A stretch of 64,000 bases of DNA, taken from an uncultured Nitrososphaerota archaeon (lineage in GTDB: Archaea; Thermoproteota; EX4484-205; JAAOZO01). This document shows positions 19,689-29,820 of the stretch, piece after piece. The DNA lies in the NCBI GenBank assembly GCA_964408285.1, contig CAYOYV010000001.1:1-64000 (forward strand). Reading direction: 5' to 3'. Position numbers and translations under genes: made by a program. The notes under the pieces are model-generated. The model was not told the origin of the DNA, made no database searches, and was given only the letters and a program-made list of their open reading frames with translations. The first letter of the stretch is position 1; each line of letters begins with the position of its first letter.

Positions 19689-20171
19689 CTACAGCCTTGC
19701 GAAATATTGCACGCTGCGATCAACTTGTTTGAAGCCAACTTTTTCGTATGCTCTGCGGGCGGGAGTGTGAGCATCGTCAAGACCCGTTTCCACTTTTGCA
19801 TACACCATGCCAGAGTCCCTGAACCTCCTCAAGGCCTCCAGGTACATTTTTTCGCCCAAACCTCTTCTCTGATGGTCCGGATGCACGGCGTTGTTTCCTA
19901 TCTCACCGATTCTCTTCTTCTCATCCAGGGAGTATGTCAGAAACCCCAAGACCTCACCTCCTTCTTCGATGACAATGGTCCATTGAGGATGCCTCTTGAA
20001 ATGAGACGAGACTTGGGAGCTCTTCTCTGCCCTCCAGTCAGGAAAGACCGTATTGAACAATTCCTGTCCCATCAAATTCTCGCGCAGGCCATAGATTGGC
20101 TTCCACGCAAGGACTGCAATCTCCTGCATTCCTTCGACATCATTGACAGTCGCTTGTCTGATGCTTGCCAT
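19689..20171 (-). CDS. GNAT family N-acetyltransferase
   Basis: AVHPDHQRRGLG acetyl-CoA motif A; ARRAYEKVGF motif B. Confidence 0.9.
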   Translation of the reverse strand: MASIRQATVNDVEGMQEIAVLAWKPIYGLRENLMGQELFNTVFPDWRAEKSSQVSSHFKRHPQWTIVIEEGGEVLGFLTYSLDEKKRIGEIGNNAVHPDHQRRGLGEKMYLEALRRFRDSGMVYAKVETGLDDAHTPARRAYEKVGFKQVDRSVQYFARL

Positions 20172-20357
20172 TCTTCTCGGCTAGACCATCTCGAATGTAC
20201 TAATGCTTTGCGCTTGGGCCGATCGAGGCTTTTTTGGCGCGCGCCTTACGACCAATGGATTAAGCGTCTGCCCATAGGATTACAGAGGGACGAGCCGAAG
20301 GGATTTAAATATCGAATGTCCAGCGAATCGAACGCATCAACGGAAGAGAACCAGAAG

Positions 20358-21116
20358 ATGGGGAAAATACCAATAGCAATACAGCTGTTTTCTATTCGTG
20401 AAGACTGCGCACGCGATCTTCGAGGCACCCTTGAGGCCGTGGCGAACATGGGCTATGATGGAGTTGAATTCGCGGGATATTATGGTCGAAGCGCGAATGA
20501 GCTGCGGAAGATGCTGGACGACCTGCAGCTGAAGGTCGCTGGGACTCACTTGTGGATTGAAGCGCTGTTGGGTGATGAATTCAATAAGACGGTCGAGTTC
20601 AATCGCATAATGGGGAACAAGTTTCTCATCGTGGCAGCGTTCCCGGAGGAGTGGAGGAAATCGAGACGTTCTTGGCTTGAGTCAGCCCGACTTATGAACG
20701 AGATAGCTGGGAAATTAAGGCCCGAGGGAATGCGCGTGGGATACCACAACCATGCCATCGAGTTTCATCCACTGGAAGGAGAGATGCCTTGGGACACATT
20801 TTTCGGAGCTACCGTTCGCGATGTTGTGATGCAACTCGACACTGGGAATGCAATTAGCGGGGGTCTCACCCCAGATGGCATACTCGCCATGATCAGCAAG
20901 TATCCCGGTCGTGCGAACACTATACACCTTAGGGAACACTCATCGACTAATGATAGGGCCATAATAGGAGAGGGAGATATCAAATGGAAAGAACTATTCT
21001 CACTGTGCCATACAATAGGGAGGACGGAGTGGTATGTTGTCGAACAGGGGAGCAAGTCATTGCCTCCGCTCGAATGCGCTCGGCGCTGCATTCAGAATCT
21101 GAGGAAAATGATGTGA
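20358..21116 (+). CDS. Sugar phosphate isomerase/epimerase (xylose isomerase-like TIM barrel)
   Basis: IQLFSIRE, GYDGVEFAG, YHNHAIEF, QLDTG, IHLRE and VEQ motifs; start refined to ATG 20358 (20316 possible). Confidence 0.88.
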   Translation: MGKIPIAIQLFSIREDCARDLRGTLEAVANMGYDGVEFAGYYGRSANELRKMLDDLQLKVAGTHLWIEALLGDEFNKTVEFNRIMGNKFLIVAAFPEEWRKSRRSWLESARLMNEIAGKLRPEGMRVGYHNHAIEFHPLEGEMPWDTFFGATVRDVVMQLDTGNAISGGLTPDGILAMISKYPGRANTIHLREHSSTNDRAIIGEGDIKWKELFSLCHTIGRTEWYVVEQGSKSLPPLECARRCIQNLRKMM

Positions 21117-21197
21117 CAAGGTAAAGGCCAAGGGCGAGGCGTATTTCACTGAATGTCAGTGTCAAGTGCTAAATACTCGTCTGCAAATGATTGAGAC

Positions 21198-22301
21198 ATG
21201 AACTCCAGGATTCGCCTCGGCATCGTCGGCGTCGGGCAGATTGGCAAGGCGCACCTTGACACCTACTCGAAGATTCCTGCTGCGGAGATGGTTGCAGCAT
21301 GTGACATCAACGAGCCCGAGTTGAAGACGGTCGCTGAACGCTTCAAGATCCCTTACACCTACGCGAACTTCCGCGAGCTTCTGGAAAGGGACGACATCGA
21401 TGCCGTTGACGTCTGCTTGCATAATAACTTGCATGCACCGGTGACGATTGCAGCGCTGCAATCAGGTAAGCACGTATACTGCGAGAAGCCGATGGCTGGC
21501 GCGTACATCGATGCCAGAGCTATGTATGATACCGCGCAGCGCTACAAGAGGAAGCTCAGCATCCAGCTCGGTACATTGTTCTCGAAGGAGACAAAGGCCG
21601 CCAAGCGTCTTATTGATGAAGGTCGTCTTGGCCACATTTATCATGCTCGTTCGACCGGATTTCGCAGGCGGGGGCGTCCATTCGTGGATGGATATGGCTC
21701 GATCAACTTCGTTAAGAAGGAGGTAGCAGCCGGCGGGGCGCTTTACGATATGGGAGTCTATCATATCGCCCAAATCCTTTACCTCCTGGGCCTTCCCAAC
21801 CTGGAGCGAATCTCCGGCAAGATCTATCAGGAAACGAGCATGGATGAGGGGCGCCGCAAAAGCAGTGGCTACAATGTTGAAGAACTTGCACTCGGATTTG
21901 TGCGATTTGAGCGCGGGCTGACCCTCGATATCATCGAGTCCTGGGCGATCCACTTGAACCCGTTTGAAGGTAGCTTCATTGTGGGTTCCGAGGGTGGCAT
22001 CCGGCTAGGGCCCTTCAGCTTTCACACAACGTTCGGCGACATGGACATGGATGCAACCTTCAACATAGAAAACGCGGACTGGCGTTGGCACCAGTTGAGA
22101 GAAAACGAGGACGCTTATGATTCGCCACAGCACCATTGGATCGCCGCCTTGCAGAACCGTGTGCCGCTGGTTCCGACTGACCGGATTGCCCTTCAGACGA
22201 TGCTGATCAGTGAGGGGGTCTATCTCTCGGATATCCTCGGACGCGAGGTCATGGCCAATGAAATCGAAGAGAATTCGAAGTCGACGGCTCTTGGGCTCTG
22301 A
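21198..22301 (+). CDS. Gfo/Idh/MocA family oxidoreductase
   Basis: [20 protein letters not shown] and [10 protein letters not shown] motifs. Confidence 0.92.
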   Translation: MNSRIRLGIVGVGQIGKAHLDTYSKIPAAEMVAACDINEPELKTVAERFKIPYTYANFRELLERDDIDAVDVCLHNNLHAPVTIAALQSGKHVYCEKPMAGAYIDARAMYDTAQRYKRKLSIQLGTLFSKETKAAKRLIDEGRLGHIYHARSTGFRRRGRPFVDGYGSINFVKKEVAAGGALYDMGVYHIAQILYLLGLPNLERISGKIYQETSMDEGRRKSSGYNVEELALGFVRFERGLTLDIIESWAIHLNPFEGSFIVGSEGGIRLGPFSFHTTFGDMDMDATFNIENADWRWHQLRENEDAYDSPQHHWIAALQNRVPLVPTDRIALQTMLISEGVYLSDILGREVMANEIEENSKSTALGL

Positions 22302-22317
22302 GATTCATGACAAAGGG

Positions 22318-22806
22318 CTAGGAATGTGCAGGGATTTCCAAGTCAATTGGAGCCTTGGTCTTTTCTCTTCTTCCTTGCTTCGGCCAGACCCATATCGCAT
22401 TACCTAGGAAGTTCCATGCTGTAGCGATCAATATGCCGATAATCATGGAGAAAATGTAGAACAGTCGTAGGAATTCTGTGAGGACCCATAAGAAAGCGAG
22501 ATTGATCGCTAGGCCACCGGATCTGACTATATGATCCTTGATAAGTGGCTTGAATAGGCCTGAAGAACGTGATTCCTCCTTGAATGTCCAGGCCCTGTTA
22601 AGGAAAAAGTCAAAGAGAATGGCGGTTTCTATTGATATGAATCCGGAAACCATATAATGCAGCCCCAGATTTGTGAGTGAGTACAAAATCACTAGGTTGA
22701 TACATGCGCCTATCGTCCCAATTGTGAGGAATTTCACGAATTTCGTTGGCACCAGGGATGAGACGAGGGCGTTCAGGAGATTCCGGATCCAGTCTGTGAT
22801 TTTCAT
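22318..22806 (-). CDS. GtrA family protein (lipid-linked sugar translocation)
   Basis: KFLTIGTIGACIN, FFLNRAWTF and WNFLGN..WVW motifs; four TM helices. Confidence 0.85.
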   Translation of the reverse strand: MKITDWIRNLLNALVSSLVPTKFVKFLTIGTIGACINLVILYSLTNLGLHYMVSGFISIETAILFDFFLNRAWTFKEESRSSGLFKPLIKDHIVRSGGLAINLAFLWVLTEFLRLFYIFSMIIGILIATAWNFLGNAIWVWPKQGRREKTKAPIDLEIPAHS

Positions 22807-22894
22807 TGCCTGACGGGCCTCTCGACTTTTCGATATAAGGCTTCCAAGAGCGCGGGCAAGCCCGGCCACGAACGAATGTGGGCGATGGAAGCGC

Positions 22895-23443
22895 CTAGAG
22901 CTCAGACATCAATCGCCTTCCAGCTTCCCTAAGCATCTCTATCTTGTGTTTCTTTGATATCTGGGTCACAGGAACCAAGTCGAATATCGTGAATTGAAGC
23001 AAACGCAAGTATCCTTCCAGATTGTGTAAAGCATTGACTGCTCCTCCTCCAGAACCTCCTGCAGCAGCGATTCCGATGACACGTTTTCCTTTCAGCAGCG
23101 ATTTTTCACGGTTGAAGGACTCACATCTGCGCCATCTGTCAAGAAACCGTTTGGCCGATTCACTTAGGTCACCGAAATAGACGGGAGTGCTGAATACCAG
23201 GGCATCTGCCTGATTGATCTTTTCCCGCAGGCTCTGGAAGTCATCTTCTATCGCACATTTTCCTTCCCTTCGACATGTCCCCCAGCCTCGATCATGTGCT
23301 TTGCACGATTCAATGGTCAGACTGTTCAGATGAACCAATTCAGTCTGCGCTCCTTGGCTCTCAGCTCCTTCTAACACTGCCTGAGTCAGTTGACACGTCA
23401 ATCCATCCACGTTAGGACTTGACTGGACACCAATTACCTTCAA
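22895..23443 (-). CDS. Flavodoxin-fold / iron-sulfur flavoprotein-like NADPH-dependent FMN reductase
   Basis: SSPNVDGLT, C-x9-C-x5-C-x3-DD, ADALVFSTPVYFG and KRFLDR motifs. Confidence 0.85.
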   Translation of the reverse strand: MKVIGVQSSPNVDGLTCQLTQAVLEGAESQGAQTELVHLNSLTIESCKAHDRGWGTCRREGKCAIEDDFQSLREKINQADALVFSTPVYFGDLSESAKRFLDRWRRCESFNREKSLLKGKRVIGIAAAGGSGGGAVNALHNLEGYLRLLQFTIFDLVPVTQISKKHKIEMLREAGRRLMSEL

Positions 23444-23601
23444 TTCCGCAGCCCCATATGAGTCTCAGGAACCAATCTATTTATGACTGACTGGCAGTCG
23501 CGAAAATCGCTTAGCGAAGCACCCTCCTCAACAACGAAATAAGACCCGCGATCAAAAAAGATGGGGATTAGATCCTGAGTAGACTTGAGAAGTTAGAGCA
23601 C

Positions 23602-23905
23602 ATGACCACGTTCATGGGCGACCAGATAGATGATGCCTTTGACTGGCTCATAATCATCATGAGCACAATCAGTGGTATCCTGGTCGGTTTACGAGAAACG
23701 TTGGCATCGAAGATGGCAATTGCAGGAGCGTTAGTTCCACCATTCTTCGCGTTGGTTGTTATTTGGCTTCTGGGCCATTGATAAAGAGGAAAGATTTGAA
23801 GGCGACCTTGAAGATCTTTGCGTGGTTCTATGCCATATCCATGATTGAAACGATCGGCTTGGTATCAGCAGATCAACTATACGGCGTACTGAGAATTCTA
23901 CATGT
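23602..23905 (+). pseudogene. Frameshifted or truncated membrane protein remnant
   Basis: ATG 23602 opens MTTFMGDQIDDAFDWLIII...VVIWLLGH* (stop 23781). Similar hydrophobic sequence continues in another frame (LIKRKDLKATLKIFAWFYAIS...) and runs into the next gene's 3' end. Confidence 0.45.
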
Positions 23906-23906
23906 T

Positions 23907-25058
23907 CTACATGTTCTGATATCTTCCGTATCTCTTGGCCGTTTCCAGCATGAGCAGAAAATTCTCCAGTCTGACATTCGGATGAATGGTGTTAGACGAA
24001 CCCAGGATGTATCCTCCGCCGGGCGCCCCTTCAGTGATGGCCCTTCTGGTTTCATCTATGACTTCCTCCCTCGAACCGAACACGAGCGTCTTGGCACAAT
24101 CTACATTCCCCCATAGCACCAGACCCGGAAACTTGGCCTTGAGCTCTCCGAGCCTCATTCCGGCTTGAGCGTCTATTTCTCCATATCCGTCTACCCCGGA
24201 TTCCACCAAGAGCTCGTTCGCTATCGGCCATATGTTCCCGTCTGTTCGATAGATATAGGGCAGAGCCAATTCATGGCAGAAATCCACGATCTGTTTCAGC
24301 TTTGGCAGGATGGCCTTCCTGAAAACGCCAGGGGAATAGAATGGTCCGCCGTTGTTCGCTATGTCACCTCCTCCCAATATGAAATCGACGCCGATTTGTT
24401 TGTACCTCGATATCAGCATCAGCTCTCTCCTGACGCAATAATCCAAGTAGATTCCAACTATCTCGGGTTTCTCGTAGAGGGCCCTCAGCCATGATGTCTC
24501 GAATGGAATCCCGATCCCGCTTGCTGCCGTGATCGTCCTCTCACCGCCAAGTCTTTCAGTCATTGTGCGCATGACTTCGAAGGCACTTTCATCTATCTCT
24601 ATCTCCTTGTCCTCGATATTGCGAATGAACCTCTCAACGGCGGGCAATCCCTCCCTCTTGAAAGAGGAGTCCACTAATGAATACATCATAGTGCTTGGTT
24701 CATATCTGTGAACGCTCCATCTTTCTTCCTCCTCGTCTTCGTAGTAGTATGTGTACTCGTCCAGCTTCCTCTTTGGTCCTTCCGCATCCTTCTCCGGAAC
24801 CAGCGGAGCCCTCACCACGTCCATATCTAGCTTCTCGTGAAGTTCGATGAGATCCCCACAAAGCTTCTCAACCAAGAAATCCCTTCTGCGCTGGAACAGG
24901 AGCTCCACATTGTCACGCCAGCCTATCCCTCCTCCAGTGTAAGCATATCTGCCAAGAATCTTGCTGGCTATGTTAGAGGCTATCTCCTGTTCGAAGACCG
25001 GCACCCTATCTGACTCACGATGAGCGAAAGCCTCTCTCACCCTATCCTTAGATTTCAT
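23907..25058 (-). CDS. Uroporphyrinogen decarboxylase / MtaA-CmuA methyltransferase family protein
   Basis: KDRVREAFAHRESDRVP N-terminus; GGDIANNGGPFYSP, LWGNVD and GGYILGSSNTIH motifs. Confidence 0.88.
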   Translation of the reverse strand: MKSKDRVREAFAHRESDRVPVFEQEIASNIASKILGRYAYTGGGIGWRDNVELLFQRRRDFLVEKLCGDLIELHEKLDMDVVRAPLVPEKDAEGPKRKLDEYTYYYEDEEEERWSVHRYEPSTMMYSLVDSSFKREGLPAVERFIRNIEDKEIEIDESAFEVMRTMTERLGGERTITAASGIGIPFETSWLRALYEKPEIVGIYLDYCVRRELMLISRYKQIGVDFILGGGDIANNGGPFYSPGVFRKAILPKLKQIVDFCHELALPYIYRTDGNIWPIANELLVESGVDGYGEIDAQAGMRLGELKAKFPGLVLWGNVDCAKTLVFGSREEVIDETRRAITEGAPGGGYILGSSNTIHPNVRLENFLLMLETAKRYGRYQNM

Positions 25059-25282
25059 TGGTTAACGCTTTAGGAAGCAGCTTCATATCGTTTATGCCTT
25101 GGGATGAACGGAGGTGCAGCGGAGAATAGAGGGTCGCTTGTCCACGCTCAGTATCCAAAGGGGGCTCGCAGCCAAGCTCCCTTGTCGCATTTTCCTCATG
25201 CACATCCAAGTTGCCATTCGCGCAACCATCGAGAATGGCTCAAAACAGGGCAATTGCGGAATATGGGCCGCTAGTCTGCCTT

Positions 25283-26545
25283 CTAGATATGGGCGTACTT
25301 TTCGAGTCCGAACCTGTACAGAACCTGCTGGTAGTTGGACACGAAATCCGCGACCTTGCGCGCTGTTTCTTGAGGCGGGGACTTGTTTGAGATGACATCA
25401 CTGATAAGTTCTGCGACTTCCCGCATTTCGATTTCCTTCATGCCTTGTCTGGTGACTTCCTGGGTTCCTATCCTGATTGCCGAACAGATCTCCTGCCCTT
25501 CATCCCACGGGAGCGGCATTGGATTTGTGATAATATTCGCTGCTTCAAGGTTGAGGCTGACTGCCTGTCCTCTTCCTTCGCCAACATCAACAATTACCTG
25601 ATGCGATTCGGTGAATCCGAGGTCCGGACAAAGTACCTTCATCCCCAAGTTGTAGAGGTTCTCTGCAAGCGCCTTTGCATTTCGTATGACCTGTCCAGCA
25701 TATTGCGCACCGAACGATAGCGTCTCGGCCGATGCCAACGCGAGGGCAGCCACTCTGTGAAGGTGGTGATTGTTGACCATCTGCCAGCTCGAATGATCTA
25801 TTGCCTCTGCATGCTTCCGATTGCACAGGATGATGCCTCCCTGCGGTCCGAAGAAAGTCTTGTGCGTGCTACCCGTCATGATTTCGGCTCCTTCTCTAAG
25901 AGGATCCTGGAAGCAACCTCCTGCTATCAGGCCCAGAACGTGGGCAGCGTCGTATGCAACAATGCCGCCGTTGTCCCTGATAGCGTTGGAGAGTTCACGA
26001 ATTGGATGGGGGAAAAGGAAGTCGGACGCACCGAACAGCACGACCCTTGGCTTCACCCTCGCCACAAGCTTTGCCGTTTCATTGATGTCTAGGTTATAGG
26101 TCTTCGGATCTAGGGGCAGGGGAACCATGCTCACGCCATGGATATTCGAACACTCTCTGAAGCTGCTATGACCGCCGTCCATGACGCTTAGGGCCATGGC
26201 CGTTTCCCCCGGCTTTGTAAGTGCGTTGAACATGACGAGATTCGCAACTGTTCCGCTGACGGGTATGTAGTTGATGTGTTCGGTCCTGAAGAGGGTCCTC
26301 AACAGATAGTTGGCGGTTTCCTCCAGCGAGTCTATGTAACGGCACCCACGGTAGACCCTCGTGTAAAGAAATCCTATCGCGTATCTATGACCAAGGTCTG
26401 AGGACAAGAGAGCCCTAACCTCTGGGCTTGTCAGATTCTCGCTCGCTATCAAGTTCAGGCACTTAGACCTGTATTCACCGTGTTCGACGACATTCGAGAG
26501 TATCTCCTTCGCCGCATCTTCGTATGGCAATTCGGATCGTCGCAT
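25283..26545 (-). CDS. glyA: Serine hydroxymethyltransferase (archaeal type)
   Basis: LNLIASEN, GGHSS, YDAAHVLGL, STHKTFFGPQGG (PLP lysine) and IRIGTQE motifs. Confidence 0.95.
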   Translation of the reverse strand: MRRSELPYEDAAKEILSNVVEHGEYRSKCLNLIASENLTSPEVRALLSSDLGHRYAIGFLYTRVYRGCRYIDSLEETANYLLRTLFRTEHINYIPVSGTVANLVMFNALTKPGETAMALSVMDGGHSSFRECSNIHGVSMVPLPLDPKTYNLDINETAKLVARVKPRVVLFGASDFLFPHPIRELSNAIRDNGGIVAYDAAHVLGLIAGGCFQDPLREGAEIMTGSTHKTFFGPQGGIILCNRKHAEAIDHSSWQMVNNHHLHRVAALALASAETLSFGAQYAGQVIRNAKALAENLYNLGMKVLCPDLGFTESHQVIVDVGEGRGQAVSLNLEAANIITNPMPLPWDEGQEICSAIRIGTQEVTRQGMKEIEMREVAELISDVISNKSPPQETARKVADFVSNYQQVLYRFGLEKYAHI

Positions 26546-26678
26546 GCACACCAAATCCTCTTATTAGATTTGTGTTCTTACTCGAGCTTTCAGGAATCCA
26601 GAAGACCACAAAGAGAACCGAGCAGCGCGTTTCCTAGGCAGCGCCAGCCGATGGGAAGTTGTAAAGGAGAGCCCCGCC

Positions 26679-27476
26679 TCACTTCCTCCCGACATACATC
26701 CCATAACCAAGGCATTCGAACACGGACCTGATTACCTTTAGGGAAGGGACCATTTCCCTTGCGTATTTCCTAAAGGAGGAATTTGTAGCATACAGTGAAA
26801 GAAACTTGTACCATGCTCTCAGAGAATCTCCTAGGCTCAATGTCTGCGACTCTTCTCTGAATTGACTGAGCGTCGTAATTCTATACGTCCTAAAGGATAC
26901 TTCGCGTGTCCCGGATTGTTCCAACAGTTGTTTCCAATCATCGGAGGTCAGAAATTCCCTAGCTCCTGTCCTGCGGGACATGTAATCGACTAGTTCCGTC
27001 GGCGGCTCTTTCATCCAGGTGCCTTCATTCAAGCCAACGTATCCTGCTGGCTTTGTGACTCGCACGTATTCCTTCACTGCTTTCTGTTTGTCCTCCACGA
27101 ACGAAGTCACGGACTCACAGATGACGGCATCGAACAGATTGTCCCCGAATGGAATGTCCTGAGCATCCGCTACCCTGAATTCAACCATCTGCTCCAGCCC
27201 ATCTTTCTTCGACCTTTCCATTGATCTGTTGACCATGTTCTCTGAGACGTCTATTCCAACGACCCTGCACCCATGCATTTTTGCAACATAGCAGGATGTC
27301 ACACCGACACCGCAGCCTACATCGAGAACATACTGGGCCTCTGCAATGTGGCAAAGCTCAAGCAACTCTCTCGTGGCCTTCAAACCTCCCATGTGTTTCG
27401 TCAGACCCCAGTAGGCCTGCACACCGAAGTATGAGAAATCCGGTACCTCCTTCCTAGAATTGCCCTCTTTTTTCAC
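26679..27476 (-). CDS. Class I SAM-dependent methyltransferase
   Basis: HMGG, VLDVGCGVG, ADAQDIPF..FDAV and RVTKPAG motifs. Confidence 0.9.
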   Translation of the reverse strand: MKKEGNSRKEVPDFSYFGVQAYWGLTKHMGGLKATRELLELCHIAEAQYVLDVGCGVGVTSCYVAKMHGCRVVGIDVSENMVNRSMERSKKDGLEQMVEFRVADAQDIPFGDNLFDAVICESVTSFVEDKQKAVKEYVRVTKPAGYVGLNEGTWMKEPPTELVDYMSRRTGAREFLTSDDWKQLLEQSGTREVSFRTYRITTLSQFREESQTLSLGDSLRAWYKFLSLYATNSSFRKYAREMVPSLKVIRSVFECLGYGMYVGRK

Positions 27477-27677
27477 CGTCTTTCTTCAGCATATTGGGTT
27501 GTTTCTCTTAAATAGCTTATGCCAAGCGGAATTGCTGCGGTATGCGATGGTTCAGCTACAGAACGTAGCACGCCTCATTGAGAAGCCGGCAAGCGAGAAG
27601 ATATAGATATGACCTATGCGAATCGTCCTCGCTCAGAATGATGAATCTCTGCCTGGCGTTGAAGGGAGGTTGTTGAG

Positions 27678-28787
27678 TTGTCGGAGATGACCAACCGAGA
27701 AAGAATTCTGGCCACGATCAGAGGGAAGCATCCAGATAGGATTCCTTTCCAGATTCGTGCTGGCTATCTGCCACTCGGACAGGTAGAGCGAGAAGTGAGG
27801 AACAACGGCATGGGAATCAATTACGCCCTGCCCTGCATGCAGACCAGCATGCCAAGTGTCAGGGTCACCACATCGGCGGATGTGACTGACAAAAGGAGGG
27901 GAACGAAGATCACCTATGAGACGCCCGTGGGAGCTGTATGGCAGATTCAACACGATGCAAAACCCTTCAGGGGAGCTTACGACGGAATCGGGGGGCACTT
28001 CACCGAGTATCTCGCGAAGAAACCTGAGGACTGGGATATTCTGGCATTTATGGCTGAGGACACCCAATACGAGCCTTACTATGAACGATTCGACTATTTC
28101 AAAGAATTGATAGGAGAGGAAGGTGTCACCTTCACGTTCGTAGGCTATCACTCACCCTACACCAAGTTGTTGATCGAATGGACAGGCGCCATGCGACTCT
28201 ACATTGATCACGTCAAGCATCCGGAAAAGGTTGAGCGGGTACTCGAGGCCCTAGCCAAGAATCAGGAGAAGCAGTATCCTATAGCGGCGAACGCACCTGC
28301 AGACATAATCAAGTATGGGGATCACATAGATGATGCCTTCATCAGTCCCAGAGCCTTCGAGAAGTACTTCCTTCCAGTACACAATAAGTTCGCGCGCATG
28401 GCACATGCGCAAGGCAAGACTACTGCGATACATTGCGATGGGAGACTGAATGGCCTCAAGGATCTCATCGCAGAACTGGACCATGACGTTATTCATGCTG
28501 TGACTCCTCCTCCTATAGGCAATCTGCCCATCAAGAAGGCACTGGACATTTGGGAAGACAAAGTGCTCTGGGTCAATTATGAATATCACTTTATGGGGCC
28601 GCAAGCATTGAAGAAGCACCTTCTGGATTTTCTTAGGTCCGTGATTCCCGGATATAGATTGGTGTTGGATGCTTCAACTGAAAGGTGGGTTCCCCTGGAC
28701 TGCCTTCAGATGTTCGCCAACATCATGTCGAAGGTCACGCTTCCATTGACGGAAGAAAAGATAGACAATATCGAGATGTCTTTGTAG
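27678..28787 (+). CDS. Uroporphyrinogen decarboxylase / MtaA-CmuA methyltransferase family protein
   Basis: MTNRERILATIRGKHPDRIP, ETPVG, ISPRAFEKYFLP, IHCDG (HxC) and TPPP motifs. Confidence 0.85.
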   Translation: MSEMTNRERILATIRGKHPDRIPFQIRAGYLPLGQVEREVRNNGMGINYALPCMQTSMPSVRVTTSADVTDKRRGTKITYETPVGAVWQIQHDAKPFRGAYDGIGGHFTEYLAKKPEDWDILAFMAEDTQYEPYYERFDYFKELIGEEGVTFTFVGYHSPYTKLLIEWTGAMRLYIDHVKHPEKVERVLEALAKNQEKQYPIAANAPADIIKYGDHIDDAFISPRAFEKYFLPVHNKFARMAHAQGKTTAIHCDGRLNGLKDLIAELDHDVIHAVTPPPIGNLPIKKALDIWEDKVLWVNYEYHFMGPQALKKHLLDFLRSVIPGYRLVLDASTERWVPLDCLQMFANIMSKVTLPLTEEKIDNIEMSL

Positions 28788-29018
28788 GATTTCGGAAGTC
28801 TGGGAAGACCAATCTCCGTCTTGACATCGAACCGCACGCTGACCTACGCCTGGGATCTCGAAATCGCCATTTCGTGTCCTGTGATGGCGAGGTACCAAAA
28901 CGAGCTCTTCCTATTCCTATATGACTCATGAGGACCCTCCGTCTACCCTAATCTGGAACAAGGAAGGAGGAATCTTTAAAACCAGTCAGAAGAACCTAAT
29001 GTACCGGAGGTACGCAGA

Positions 29019-29327
29019 ATGATCTATTGCCAGAAGTGCGGGACGCAGAATGAGGATGGGTCGCAGTTTTGCAAGAAGTGCGGAGCGGCATTAGGTGGGC
29101 AGCCTCTTCCTAGACCGCCCAAGAGACCTGAGGACGAGTGCTTCGGCATTCCCTATGGAGGAGCAATAGTGGGCCTCATCTTCGGCGGATTGCTGGTCAT
29201 TTTCGGGCTCTCGAGTGTCTTGGGGTTGGATCTGGGGCGATATAGCGGCGCGATCGCCATGATAGTCATCGGATCGTTAATTGCAGTAGGAGCCTATTAT
29301 GCATATGTAAGAGCTCGTGGCGGCTGA
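29019..29327 (+). CDS. Zinc-ribbon domain membrane protein
   Basis: YCQKCG...FCKKCG ribbon, EDECFG, two TM helices; GGAGG SD upstream. Confidence 0.85.
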   Translation: MIYCQKCGTQNEDGSQFCKKCGAALGGQPLPRPPKRPEDECFGIPYGGAIVGLIFGGLLVIFGLSSVLGLDLGRYSGAIAMIVIGSLIAVGAYYAYVRARGG

Positions 29328-29528
29328 CCACGAGGCGTATCAAGGTCACGATCTCTGACATAGCGTCTATCACTTTTCCTGCTCGCGACGCGCGCGCGTT
29401 CTCGAAATCCGAATCATCACGAAAGGCGGCTTCTGTTGATATGTCATGGTCTTCATTCTCATAGGTCCTTTCAGAACGCAGGACCGAAAACATATATAGA
29501 AGTAATGGGCTTCCCTGTGGCGATATCG

Positions 29529-29804
29529 ATGGGGCTACTTAGAATCTTGATGGGAGTCGTTAGCATTCTGCTTGCACTGCCTGGTTTCCTCTTCTTTGGG
29601 CCGGTCCTTGGTATACCCCTGATGGGCGTGGGAGTCTATCTGCTCTATCAGGAATTTGCAGAACGAGGAAAGAAAACCCAGGTTGCACCCCCCGGAACCC
29701 CACCCCCTCCGCCTCCTCCAAATTGCCCGACTTGCGGCAGACCACTGACTTATGTGGCCCAATATCAGCGTTGGTACTGTCAGTACGAGCAGAAGTACTA
29801 TTGA
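29529..29804 (+). CDS. Small membrane protein with polyproline linker and C-terminal zinc-ribbon-like domain
   Basis: Two TM helices, PPGTPPPPPPP, CPTCGRPLTYVAQYQRWYC; start refined to ATG 29529. Confidence 0.75.
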   Translation: MGLLRILMGVVSILLALPGFLFFGPVLGIPLMGVGVYLLYQEFAERGKKTQVAPPGTPPPPPPPNCPTCGRPLTYVAQYQRWYCQYEQKYY

Positions 29805-29820
29805 CGCACACGTGCGAATA

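Noticed and set aside
19665-20357. Apparent 483-aa ORF with a 230-aa N-terminal extension on the epimerase
   Set aside because: The extension is the antisense of the well-supported GNAT gene plus intergenic DNA. A TATA box (GATTTAAAT near 20302) precedes the real start.
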